Source: Cupriavidus necator (GTDB lineage Bacteria; Pseudomonadota; Gammaproteobacteria; Burkholderiales; Burkholderiaceae). From it: a stretch of DNA of 32,000 nt. A program made the translations under genes and the position numbers. The notes below the pieces were generated by a model. It was not told the origin of the DNA. It worked only from the letters and a program-made list of their open reading frames with translations, and ran no database searches. Positions 23,287-31,507 of the stretch are shown here, piece after piece (within the stretch, counting starts at the first letter, position 1; every line of letters starts with the position of its first letter). Where the stretch lies: positions 1,410,001 to 1,442,000 of the forward strand of contig NZ_CP066018.1 of NCBI RefSeq assembly GCF_016127575.1, given 5' to 3'.

Positions 23287-23913
23287 ATGAAGCTCTACTA
23301 CACTCCGGGCGTCTGCTCGATGGCCGTCCATATCGCCCTGCGCGAAGCCGGCCTGCCGGTCACGCTGGCCAAGGTCGACCTGCTCCGCCACAAGCTGGCC
23401 GAGCCTGAAAACGGCACCGACGACTACTACACCATCAACCCGCGCGGCTACGTGCCGCTGCTGCAGCTCGACGACGGCTCGCGCCATACCGAGGCGGCAT
23501 CGCTGCTGCAATACATCGCCGACCTGGTGCCCGAACGCGCGCTGCTGCCCGCCGCCGGCACGCGCGAGCGGCTGGAAGCCACCGGCTGGATCACGCTGGT
23601 TTCAACGGAACTGCACAAGGTCTTCAGCCCGTGGCTGTGGCACAAGGAAACCGCGCAGAGCACGCAGGACGAGTGCAAGGCCAGGCTGCACCGGCGCTTT
23701 TCCGAACTCGACCAGCACCTGCAAACCCGCCATTACCTGATGGGCGACACGTTCACGGTGGCGGATGCTTACTGCTTCACCATCGTCGGCTGGGCCCGCA
23801 TCCTGAAGCTGCCGCTCAACGACTACCCGGCGCTGCAGCAGTACCTGTCGCGCGTTGCGGCGCGGCCGGCGGTGCAGGAAGCGATGCGGGCCGAAGGGCT
23901 GGTGCGCGACTGA
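23287..23913 (+). CDS. Glutathione S-transferase (beta-class, GstA-like)
   Basis: 208 aa. MKLYYTPGVCSMAVHIALREAGLP carries the beta-class Cys10 context. Also INPRGYVPLL and the C-terminal helical domain FTVADAYCFTIVGWA. Confidence 0.9.
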   Translation: MKLYYTPGVCSMAVHIALREAGLPVTLAKVDLLRHKLAEPENGTDDYYTINPRGYVPLLQLDDGSRHTEAASLLQYIADLVPERALLPAAGTRERLEATGWITLVSTELHKVFSPWLWHKETAQSTQDECKARLHRRFSELDQHLQTRHYLMGDTFTVADAYCFTIVGWARILKLPLNDYPALQQYLSRVAARPAVQEAMRAEGLVRD

Positions 23914-23937
23914 ACCCGGCCGCGCAGAATCGCTCGC

Positions 23938-24546
23938 TCAGCGCTGCGCGCCGAGCAGCGATTCGATCTTCGCCACCAGTTCCTTGTCGTCCGGCCTGGT
24001 GCGGCTGCCATAGCTGGCCACCACCTGGCCATCGCGGCCGATCAGGTACTTGTAGAAATTCCACTTGGGCGTGGTGCCGGTTTGCTTTGCCAGCAGCGCG
24101 TACATCGGGTTGGCATCGCTGCCGCGCACATGCGACTTGCCGAGCATCGGGAACTTGACGCCGTAGGTGTTGTAGCAGAAGTCCGCGATCTCTTTCTGCG
24201 AGCCGGGCTCCTGCGAAAAGTCATTGGACGGGAAGCCCAGCACCACCAGCCCGCGCGCGCCGTACTTGGCGTACAGCGCCTCCAGGCCCTCGTACTGCGG
24301 CGTGAAGCCGCAATAGCTGGCGGTATTGACCACCAGCACCACCTTGCCGGCGTACTGGCACAGGTTCTGCGGCACATCGTCCTGCAGGCGCGGGAAGGTG
24401 AAGTTGAGCGAGGCGGGGCAGGCGCCCGCGGCAGGCGCCGCGGCGGGCTTGTCGGCGGCGCGCACCGGCGCCGGCAGCAGGGCGGTGCTGGCCGCCGCCA
24501 GGGTCAGGGCGGCAGCCAGGCTGGAAAGCAGGGGACGACGGATCAT
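23938..24546 (-). CDS. Glutathione peroxidase (exported, Cys-type)
   Basis: 202 aa. A signal peptide is followed by GKVVLVVNTASYCGFTPQYEGLEALYAKY, LGFPSNDFSQEPG and KWNFYKYLIGRDG. Confidence 0.92.
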   Translation of the reverse strand: MIRRPLLSSLAAALTLAAASTALLPAPVRAADKPAAAPAAGACPASLNFTFPRLQDDVPQNLCQYAGKVVLVVNTASYCGFTPQYEGLEALYAKYGARGLVVLGFPSNDFSQEPGSQKEIADFCYNTYGVKFPMLGKSHVRGSDANPMYALLAKQTGTTPKWNFYKYLIGRDGQVVASYGSRTRPDDKELVAKIESLLGAQR

Positions 24547-24628
24547 GGCGACGGGGCTCCGGTGGTCGGCTCGCTGTATCGGGTACGCGTAGTTTACGCC
24601 GATGGCGGCCTGACGGATGCCGCGCCGG

Positions 24629-26194
24629 TCAGTCCATCGCCAGCGTGGCCGCGTGTTCGGTGACGCTGCCGCGCAGCTCCAGGTCCGGCATGCGGCGCAC
24701 GATCAGCAGCGCCAGCACCGCCGCCGCCGCGCCCGCGGCAAAGAGCAGGTGGAAGCCCGACTCCACGCCGCCCGCCAGCACCGCGCGCACAGACGGCGAC
24801 AGCTGCGCAAAGGCCTCGCTGCCGTGGCGCAGCGCACCGAGGTCCAGCGCCTGCGTGACCCCCGACGCCGCCAGCGCATGGCGGAATTCCAGCGTCAGCA
24901 GCGTGCCGGCGAGCGCCCCGCCCAGCGCGCTGCCGAGCGAGCGCAGCACCAGCAGCGCGCCCGTGCCGGCGCCGGTGTCGCGGCGCTCCAGCGCGTTCTG
25001 CACGCTCATCAGCGTGGCCACCATGGTCATGCCCAGGCCCACGCCGGCCAGCGTCATCGCCGCCAGCACCACCGCCAGCGGCACCGCCGGCGTCACCAGC
25101 GCCAGTGCGATCAGCCCCAGCGCGCCGGCGATATAGCCGGCGCTCAGGATGCCGCGCATGCGGCCCACGCGCGGCGCCAGCCACGCGACGATAAAGTTGC
25201 CCGCCACGGTGGCCAGCAGGAACGGCATCACCAGCAGGCCGGAGGTCGATGCATCCGCGCCGCGGACCAGCTGGAAGTGCAGGGGCAGGGCGAAGATGCA
25301 CAGGAAGATATCGAGCGCGGCCAGCGCCGAGGCGGCCACGCCCATCACATAGGCCCGGTTGGCAAACAGGCGCGGCGGCAGCATCGGGTCCGCGGCGCGG
25401 CGCTCCTGCCAGATCAGCAGGACCAGGGCCGCCACCGCGGCCAGGAGCAGGGCGCCCAGCTCTGGCGAGAGCCAGTCGTAGACGTCGCCGCCCCAGCTCA
25501 TCGCCAGCAGGAAGGCGACGATGGCCACCGCCAGCAGCAGCGCCCCCAGCCAGTCCACGCGCGCACGCCCGCCACGCGGCGGCAGCATGGCCAGCCCGCG
25601 GTAGCACATGAACATCGCCAGCAGGCCCAGCGGTACGTTGACCCAGAACAGCCAGCGCCACGACATATGGTCAGAGACCCAGCCGCCCACCAGCGGCCCG
25701 GCGATCGACGCCACCGCCCACACCGTGGCCAGGTAGCCCTGGTAGCGCCCGCGCTGGCGCGGCGCCACCACATCGGCAATGGCTGCCTGCGCCAGCGACA
25801 TCAGCCCGCCGCCGCCCACGCCCTGCAGCGCGCGGAACAGGATCAGCTGACCCAGCGTCTGCGCCAGCGCGCATGCCACCGAGGCTCCGATAAACAGCGT
25901 GATCGCCACCATCAGCAGGCGCCGCCGGCCAAAGCTGTCCGACAGCTTGCCGTACAGCGGCGTGGTCACCGTCGACACGATCAGGTACGCCGTCACGATC
26001 CATGACAGGTGGCTGAAGCCGTTCAGGTCATTGGCGATCGCCGGCACCGCCGGGATCACCACGGTCTGGTCGAGCGCGGCCAGCAGGATGCACAGCACGA
26101 TGCCGCCGATCACCCGCATCACGGCGCGATGGTCGTGGGCGGGCAGGGCCGGCGTGGTGTCCCGGGCGGATGCGGCAAAAGAGGGTGAAGACAT
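24629..26194 (-). CDS. MFS efflux transporter, DHA2 (EmrB/QacA, 14-TMS) family
   Basis: 521 aa. Motifs are LAALDQTVVIPAVPAIANDL, WIVTAYLIVSTVTTPLYGKLSDSFGRRR and RALQGVGGGGLM. Confidence 0.9.
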   Translation of the reverse strand: MSSPSFAASARDTTPALPAHDHRAVMRVIGGIVLCILLAALDQTVVIPAVPAIANDLNGFSHLSWIVTAYLIVSTVTTPLYGKLSDSFGRRRLLMVAITLFIGASVACALAQTLGQLILFRALQGVGGGGLMSLAQAAIADVVAPRQRGRYQGYLATVWAVASIAGPLVGGWVSDHMSWRWLFWVNVPLGLLAMFMCYRGLAMLPPRGGRARVDWLGALLLAVAIVAFLLAMSWGGDVYDWLSPELGALLLAAVAALVLLIWQERRAADPMLPPRLFANRAYVMGVAASALAALDIFLCIFALPLHFQLVRGADASTSGLLVMPFLLATVAGNFIVAWLAPRVGRMRGILSAGYIAGALGLIALALVTPAVPLAVVLAAMTLAGVGLGMTMVATLMSVQNALERRDTGAGTGALLVLRSLGSALGGALAGTLLTLEFRHALAASGVTQALDLGALRHGSEAFAQLSPSVRAVLAGGVESGFHLLFAAGAAAAVLALLIVRRMPDLELRGSVTEHAATLAMD

Positions 26195-26311
26195 GGACAG
26201 GCACGAGACCGCAGCGATGTGCGGTGAAAGCTACGTCAAATGCAGGGAATATCGGCCGGGAACCGCGCAATAGGGGGCGTGACGCCGTCGCGGGTGGCCT
26301 AATTCAGCGAA

Positions 26312-26327
26312 CGCATAATTATATGCG
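26312..26327. repeat. 16-nt palindrome CGCATA-ATTA-TATGCG in the DHA2/Rieske divergent intergenic region
   Basis: Read directly. It has an AT-rich centre and lies about 35 to 50 nt upstream of the sigma-54-like element. It could be an operator, UAS or IHF-type site. Confidence 0.35.
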
Positions 26328-26360
26328 GCCAGCAAGTATCGCGCTCGTGACCCGGATGTC

Positions 26361-26375
26361 TGGCACGTCACTTGC
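26361..26375 (+). promoter_or_regulatory. Sigma-54 (RpoN) -24/-12 promoter candidate for the Rieske oxygenase gene
   Basis: TGGCACG-TCAC-TTGC fits TGGCAC-N5-TTGC exactly (consensus YTGGCACGrNNNTTGCW). The -12 GC is 68 nt upstream of the ATG at 26443. Confidence 0.55.
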
Positions 26376-26442
26376 GTGACAAGGATCAGGCACGATGGTC
26401 GATGCAAGATCACATCGCCACTACCGAAGGTAAGATTTCGTC

Positions 26443-27483
26443 ATGACCGAGACCCCACGACACGAAGCAGGTCAGGCCGCCGATGCGGCCGGGCCCGAAC
26501 TGGGCCAGTGGCACCCCGTGCTGGCCATCGAACAGGCCGATGGCGACGGCCCCTTCGCCGCACGGCTCTTTGGCCGCGCGCTGGTGCTGTGGCGCAATGC
26601 CGACGGCTGGCACGCCTGGGACGACCGCTGTCCGCACCGCGGCGCCGCTTTCACGCTGGGCGCCGTGCACGATGGCCTGCTGCATTGCGGCTATCACGGC
26701 TGGCGCTTTGCCTCGGGCGGCCGCTGCACGCGCTATCCCGCCCACCCGGAACTGGTGCCTGCGCCGCGCGCCTGCGCCACCACGCACGCGGTGCGCGAGG
26801 GCTACGGGCTGTTATGGGTACGCCTTGGCGGCGACGGCACCGAGGCCGTGCCCGAACTGCCGTCCTTCCCCGAGTACCACGACGCCGAATGCCGCCGCGT
26901 GGTCTGCGGCCCCTACGACGTTGCCACCTCGGCGCCACGGCTGGTGGAGAACTTCCTCGACATGGCGCACTTCGGCTATGTCCATGACGGCTACCTGGGT
27001 GACCCGGCGCACACCGAAGTGCCGCCCTATGAAGTGGAAGCCATCGGCGATGCGCGCAAGCCCGACGCGCTGCGCACCATCGGCTGCCGCGCCTGGCAGC
27101 CGCGCGCGCACGCCAGCGCCGCCGGCGGAGCCATGGTCGAGTATGAATACCGCGTGGTTGCGCCCTACGCCGCGATCCTGACCAAGGTGCCCGACCTTGG
27201 CGACAACCATCGCGGCGCCATCGCGCTGTTTATCGGCCCGCGGGACGAGGAATCGAGCCGCGTGTGGTTCGTGATGTCACTGGTGACAGACGATGACGAC
27301 GCCAGCCTGCGCGAATTCCAGGACACCATCTTCCTGCAGGACAAGCCGATCGTGGAATCGCAGCAGCCGCGCCGCCTGCCGTTGCGCACCGGCGTGGAGG
27401 TGCCCCAGCCGGCGGACAAGCTGGCAGGCGCGTACCGCCGCTACCTGGCGGCGCATGGGGTGAGGTTCGGCACGCTGGGCTAG
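26443..27483 (+). CDS. Rieske [2Fe-2S] non-haem-iron oxygenase, PaO/phthalate-family alpha subunit
   Basis: 346 aa. The Rieske motif is CPHRGA...(17 aa)...CGYHGW. The mononuclear iron motif ENFLDMAHFGYVH fits E/D-x3-D-x2-H-x4-H. Confidence 0.9.
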   Translation: MTETPRHEAGQAADAAGPELGQWHPVLAIEQADGDGPFAARLFGRALVLWRNADGWHAWDDRCPHRGAAFTLGAVHDGLLHCGYHGWRFASGGRCTRYPAHPELVPAPRACATTHAVREGYGLLWVRLGGDGTEAVPELPSFPEYHDAECRRVVCGPYDVATSAPRLVENFLDMAHFGYVHDGYLGDPAHTEVPPYEVEAIGDARKPDALRTIGCRAWQPRAHASAAGGAMVEYEYRVVAPYAAILTKVPDLGDNHRGAIALFIGPRDEESSRVWFVMSLVTDDDDASLREFQDTIFLQDKPIVESQQPRRLPLRTGVEVPQPADKLAGAYRRYLAAHGVRFGTLG

Positions 27484-27554
27484 CCGGCGGCCGCGCGCGG
27501 GAGAGTGGACGGGGCGGGTGCGTGCAATGCGACCAGCCCCCGAACACGACAGGC

Positions 27555-27995
27555 CTAGCGCCCGCCCCCGGTGATGTAATGCTCGAGCTGCTCGATGATG
27601 AACTGCTGCTCGGAGATGATGTCCTTGACCAGGTCGCCGATCGACAGCATGCCGATCAGCTCGTCGCCTTCCATCACTGGCAGGTGGCGCAGCCGGTGTC
27701 GGGTCATCAATGCCATGCATTCGTCGGTGGTCTGGCTGGCGCCGACATAGATCACTGCATTGGTCATGATGTCGCGAACCAGCGTCTCGCGCGAGGTGCG
27801 CTGCATCAGGATCACCTTGCGCGCATAGTCGCGCTCGCTCAGGATCCCCAGGATCTCGCCATGCTCGATCACCAGCAGCGCGCCGATGCCTTTCTCCGCC
27901 ATCAGTTGCAGCGCGGTATAGACGGTCGCCGTGGGCGGGACGCTGTAAATGGCCTGACTCGGCTTGGACTCCAGAACCTGGCGTGCGGTTTTCAT
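27555..27995 (-). CDS. Stand-alone CBS-pair domain protein
   Basis: Two CBS motifs: ...VYTALQLMAEKGIGALLVIEHGEILGILSERD... and ...TDECMALMTRHRLRHLPVMEGDELIGMLSIGDL.... The start was chosen at the ATG at 27995 (MKTARQVL), which has GGAG 6 nt upstream; the ORF-track start is 28019. Confidence 0.88.
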   Translation of the reverse strand: MKTARQVLESKPSQAIYSVPPTATVYTALQLMAEKGIGALLVIEHGEILGILSERDYARKVILMQRTSRETLVRDIMTNAVIYVGASQTTDECMALMTRHRLRHLPVMEGDELIGMLSIGDLVKDIISEQQFIIEQLEHYITGGGR

Positions 27996-28137
27996 CACCA
28001 ACTCCTTTTCCGTCGACAATGCAATGCGGCTGGCGGTGCCAATGCAATCAGAGTAGCAAAGTAACGCGCGCCGTTACAGGGTGACTTACGCGAATCTTTG
28101 TAAGCAATGTTGTGACGCCCGCATGGCAGCCGCCGGG

Positions 28138-28851
28138 TCAAGGTTGCGCATCGGTCGCTTTTTCGTCCAGTGCCGCCAGGCACAGCGCCTGCATTTCGGA
28201 CACCCATTGCGCCGGCTGCAGCGCCGCGCCCTGCAGCAGCAGCCGATAGCGGCGCGCCCCCCAGACCGCCAGCACCAGTGCCTGCACCTTCGCGGCATCC
28301 GGGGCCGTGGGCAAGTCGGGGCAAGCGCACAGCGCCCGGCGCCAGGCCTCGCAGAACTCTTCGAACACGCGCCGGTGGTGCTTGGGCTCGGCGATGCGCG
28401 GCTCCAGCCCGATGATGTCGGCATCGAAGACGATGCCCGTGGCCTCGTCGTCCGCACCGCAGGCGATGGCCACCAGCCGCCGCACGCGCGTGCGCCAGTC
28501 GGCGTCAGCCCGTTGCGTGACCTCGGCGTCGATGCGCGCCAGCATGGTCTCGACCGTGTGGCGCACGTAGCCCGACGCCAGCGCTTCCTTGCTGGGAAAG
28601 TACTCGTACAGCGTACCCACCGAGAACCCTGCCTCCAGCGCCACCGCGCGCGTGGTCACGCCGTCCCAGCCATCGCGGCACCAGATCCGAACAAAGGCGT
28701 CGTAGATGGCGTTGACGGTGAAGTGCGCGCGCTGCTGCGAAGGGCGCTTGAGCGGCTTGCTGCGCGGCGTGGCGGGCCGTTTCAGGTCGCCGGCGGCGGG
28801 CGCTTCGTTTCCGAACCCGGCGGCGTTGGCGCGGCGATAGATTCTTGGCAT
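28138..28851 (-). CDS. TetR/AcrR-family transcriptional regulator
   Basis: The HTH is AIYDAFVRIWCRDGWDGVTTRAVALEAGFSVGTLYEYFPSKEAL. The start was chosen at the ATG at 28851 (MPRIYRR..., with GAGG upstream). The gene is divergent from the DUF2855-like gene. Confidence 0.88.
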   Translation of the reverse strand: MPRIYRRANAAGFGNEAPAAGDLKRPATPRSKPLKRPSQQRAHFTVNAIYDAFVRIWCRDGWDGVTTRAVALEAGFSVGTLYEYFPSKEALASGYVRHTVETMLARIDAEVTQRADADWRTRVRRLVAIACGADDEATGIVFDADIIGLEPRIAEPKHHRRVFEEFCEAWRRALCACPDLPTAPDAAKVQALVLAVWGARRYRLLLQGAALQPAQWVSEMQALCLAALDEKATDAQP

Positions 28852-28916
28852 CGGCCTCACGGAAGTCATGGCGAACATTGCACGCCGGACGGACGGGCCG
28901 CGAACCAGGAGAAGAC

Positions 28917-30032
28917 ATGGCAGCAACTGAACCGACCCTTGCCATCACGCGGCTGTTCAGCCGCAAGGATGCCCTAAACGAAAGCCGGCTGGAAGCCGCG
29001 CACGAACCCGCCAGCGCCGCGCCCGGCGAAGTGCTGCTGCGCCTGGACCGCTTTGCCCTGACCACCAACAACATCACCTATGCCGCCTTTGGCAAGGCCA
29101 TGCAGTACTGGGACTTCTTTCCCACCGGCCAGCCGCAGTGGGGCCATATGCCGGTGTGGGGCTTTGCCGATGTGGTGGCCTCCGGCGTCGACGGCATCGC
29201 CCCCGGCGAACGCTTCTACGGCTACTTCCCCATCGCCAGCCATTTCCGCATGCAGCCCGGGCGCGTCACCGCGCGCGGCTTCTACGATGCCGCGGCGCAC
29301 CGCGCAAAGCTGACCTCGGCCTACAACCAGTACACCCGCGTGCAGAACGACGCCGCCTACGCGCCGGAACTGGAGCACTACCAGATGCTGTACCGGCCGC
29401 TGTTCATCACCTCGTTCATGCTGGCCGACTTCCTGGAAGACAACCGCTTCTTCGGCGCACGGCGGCTGGTGGTGTCCAGCGCCTCCAGCAAGACGGCCTA
29501 TGGCACCGCCTTCTGCCTGCGCGACCTCGACGGCATCGCGCTGACCGGGCTGACCTCGGCCCGCAACCGCGCCTTTGTCGAAGACCTCGGCTGCTACGGC
29601 AGCACCGTCACCTATGACGAACTGGCATCGGTGCCGGTGGACGAGCCCACGCTCTATGTCGACTTCTCCGGCGATGAGTCGCTGCGCGCGCGCGTGCATG
29701 CGCATTTTGGCGACAGCCTGGTGTACGACTGCTTTGTCGGCTCGACGCAGAACACCGGCTTCCTGCGCGACCTGCACCTGCCCGGGCCCAGGCCCGAGTT
29801 CTATTTCGCGCCGGTGCAGATCCGCAAGCGCAATGCCGACTGGGGACCACAGGAAGTGAACCGGCGCTTCAACGCGGCGCAGCGCCGCTTTATCGACCAT
29901 GCGCGCGATCCGGCCAAGCGCTGGCTGGCGCTGGTGGAGGAACGGGGATTCGAAGCCGCGCAGGCACGGATCGCGCGGCTGGCGGCGGGGAGCGGGGCGC
30001 CGCAGGAGGGGTACGTGGTGGTCGTGGGGTAA
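28917..30032 (+). CDS. DUF2855-family protein (uncharacterised, MDR/Rossmann-like)
   Basis: 371 aa, with an AGGAGAAG RBS. MAATEPTLAITRLFSRKD..., FALTTNNITYAAFG..MQYWDFFP, WGHMPVWGFADVVAS and GERFYGYFP match my recollection of DUF2855 sequences. This is unverified. Confidence 0.65.
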   Translation: MAATEPTLAITRLFSRKDALNESRLEAAHEPASAAPGEVLLRLDRFALTTNNITYAAFGKAMQYWDFFPTGQPQWGHMPVWGFADVVASGVDGIAPGERFYGYFPIASHFRMQPGRVTARGFYDAAAHRAKLTSAYNQYTRVQNDAAYAPELEHYQMLYRPLFITSFMLADFLEDNRFFGARRLVVSSASSKTAYGTAFCLRDLDGIALTGLTSARNRAFVEDLGCYGSTVTYDELASVPVDEPTLYVDFSGDESLRARVHAHFGDSLVYDCFVGSTQNTGFLRDLHLPGPRPEFYFAPVQIRKRNADWGPQEVNRRFNAAQRRFIDHARDPAKRWLALVEERGFEAAQARIARLAAGSGAPQEGYVVVVG

Positions 30033-30039
30033 AAGCAGA

Positions 30040-30061
30040 ACGGGCCCCGCATGGGGCCCGT
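30040..30061. terminator. Bidirectional rho-independent terminator between the DUF2855-like gene and dbpA
   Basis: ACGGGCCCC-GCAT-GGGGCCCGT, flanked by AAAAGCAGA upstream and CTTT downstream. Confidence 0.8.
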
Positions 30062-30064
30062 CTT

Positions 30065-31474
30065 TCACTCCGTCAGCATCCGCACCTTCACCTTCTTGCC
30101 CTTGACCTTGCCGGCATTGAGCCGCTTCACCGCCTCGCGCCCGATGCTGCGCTCCACCGCGATATAGGTCGACATCTCCAGCACATTGATCTTGCCGATC
30201 TGCTCCTTGGTGAAGCCTGCCTCGCCGGTGAGCGCGCCCAGGATGTCGCCGGGGCGGATCTTCTCCTTGCGGCCACCCAGCATCTGCAAGGTCACCATCG
30301 GCGGCAGCAGGCGTTCATTGCTGGCGGGCCTCAGGTCGGCCAGCGGCTGCCATTCGAATTCGCCGCCGTGGTGCTGTTCCAGGTTGCCCACGCGGCCCAT
30401 CTCGTCCATGCTGACCAGGCTGAAGGCCCAGCCTTCCTGGTCGGCGCGGCCGGTGCGGCCGATGCGGTGCACGTGCACCTCAGGATCGGGCGTGATCTCG
30501 ACATTGATCACGGCCTCGAGCTGCGCGATATCCAGCCCGCGCGCGGCCACGTCGGTTGCCACCAGCACCGAGCAGCTGCGGTTGGCAAACTGCACCAGCA
30601 CCTGGTCGCGCTCGCGCTGCTCCAGTTCGCCGTGCAGCGCCAGCGCCTGGTAGCCCTGCGCGCGCAGCAGTTCCACCAGCTCGCGGCAGCGCGCCTTGGT
30701 ATTGCAGAAGGCCAGCGTGCTGACCGGGCGGAAGTGGTCCAGCAGGCGCCCCACCGTGTTCAGGCGCTCGCCTTCCTCGACCTCATAGAAGCGCTGGCGG
30801 ATGGTGGTGTTGTCGTGCGTAGCCTCCAGCTTGACCGACTGCGGGTTGCGCAGGAAACGGTGGCTGAGCTTGTCGATGCCGGGCGGATACGTGGCCGAGA
30901 ACAGCAGCGTCTGCCGGTCCTTCGGGCAGCGGCTGGCCACATAGGCGATGTCGTCGAAGAAGCCCATGTCGAGCATGCGGTCGGCCTCGTCCAGCACCAG
31001 CGTGTTGATGCCGGACAGATCCAGGCTGCCGCGGTCGATGTGATCCAGGATGCGGCCGGGCGTGCCCACCACGATATGTGCGCCATGGATCAGGCTGTCG
31101 ACCTGCGGCCGCATCGGCGAGCCGCCGCACAGTGTCAGCACCTTGATGTTCTCTTCGGCGCGCGCCAGGCGGCGGATTTCCTGCGTGACCTGGTCGGCCA
31201 GCTCGCGCGTGGGGCACAGCACCATCGCCTGCACATCGAAGCGGCGCGGATCGAGCCGGTGCAGCAGCGCCAGCCCGAAGGCGGCGGTCTTGCCGCTGCC
31301 GGTCTTGGCCTGCGCCACCAGGTCCTGGCCTGCCAATGTGATCGGCAGGCTGGCCGCCTGGATCGGCGTCATTTCGTCATAGCCAAGCTGCGCCAGCGTG
31401 GCGAGCATGGTGGGCGACAGCGGCAGGTTGGAAAAAGCGGTGCCGGCTTGCGGCTGGGCGGGGGTCGAGTTCAT
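30065..31474 (-). CDS. dbpA: ATP-dependent DEAD-box RNA helicase DbpA
   Basis: 469 aa. Motifs are the Q motif (TPIQ), AQAKTGSGKT, PTRELA, DEAD, SAT and HRIGRTGR. The DbpA-type C-terminal RNA-binding domain is also present: GDILGALTGEAGFTKEQIGKINVLEMSTYIAVE...KVKVRML. Confidence 0.93.
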   Translation of the reverse strand: MNSTPAQPQAGTAFSNLPLSPTMLATLAQLGYDEMTPIQAASLPITLAGQDLVAQAKTGSGKTAAFGLALLHRLDPRRFDVQAMVLCPTRELADQVTQEIRRLARAEENIKVLTLCGGSPMRPQVDSLIHGAHIVVGTPGRILDHIDRGSLDLSGINTLVLDEADRMLDMGFFDDIAYVASRCPKDRQTLLFSATYPPGIDKLSHRFLRNPQSVKLEATHDNTTIRQRFYEVEEGERLNTVGRLLDHFRPVSTLAFCNTKARCRELVELLRAQGYQALALHGELEQRERDQVLVQFANRSCSVLVATDVAARGLDIAQLEAVINVEITPDPEVHVHRIGRTGRADQEGWAFSLVSMDEMGRVGNLEQHHGGEFEWQPLADLRPASNERLLPPMVTLQMLGGRKEKIRPGDILGALTGEAGFTKEQIGKINVLEMSTYIAVERSIGREAVKRLNAGKVKGKKVKVRMLTE

Positions 31475-31507
31475 GCGCGATTATAGCGATCCAGGGATGT
31501 CGATCCG

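Noticed and set aside
28031-28046. A second sigma-54-like element, TGGCGG-TGCCA-ATGCA (GG-N10-GC spacing), on the plus strand.
   Set aside because: It has several mismatches to the consensus, and no plus-strand gene lies downstream, since the next genes are on the minus strand. It is likely a chance match in GC-rich DNA.
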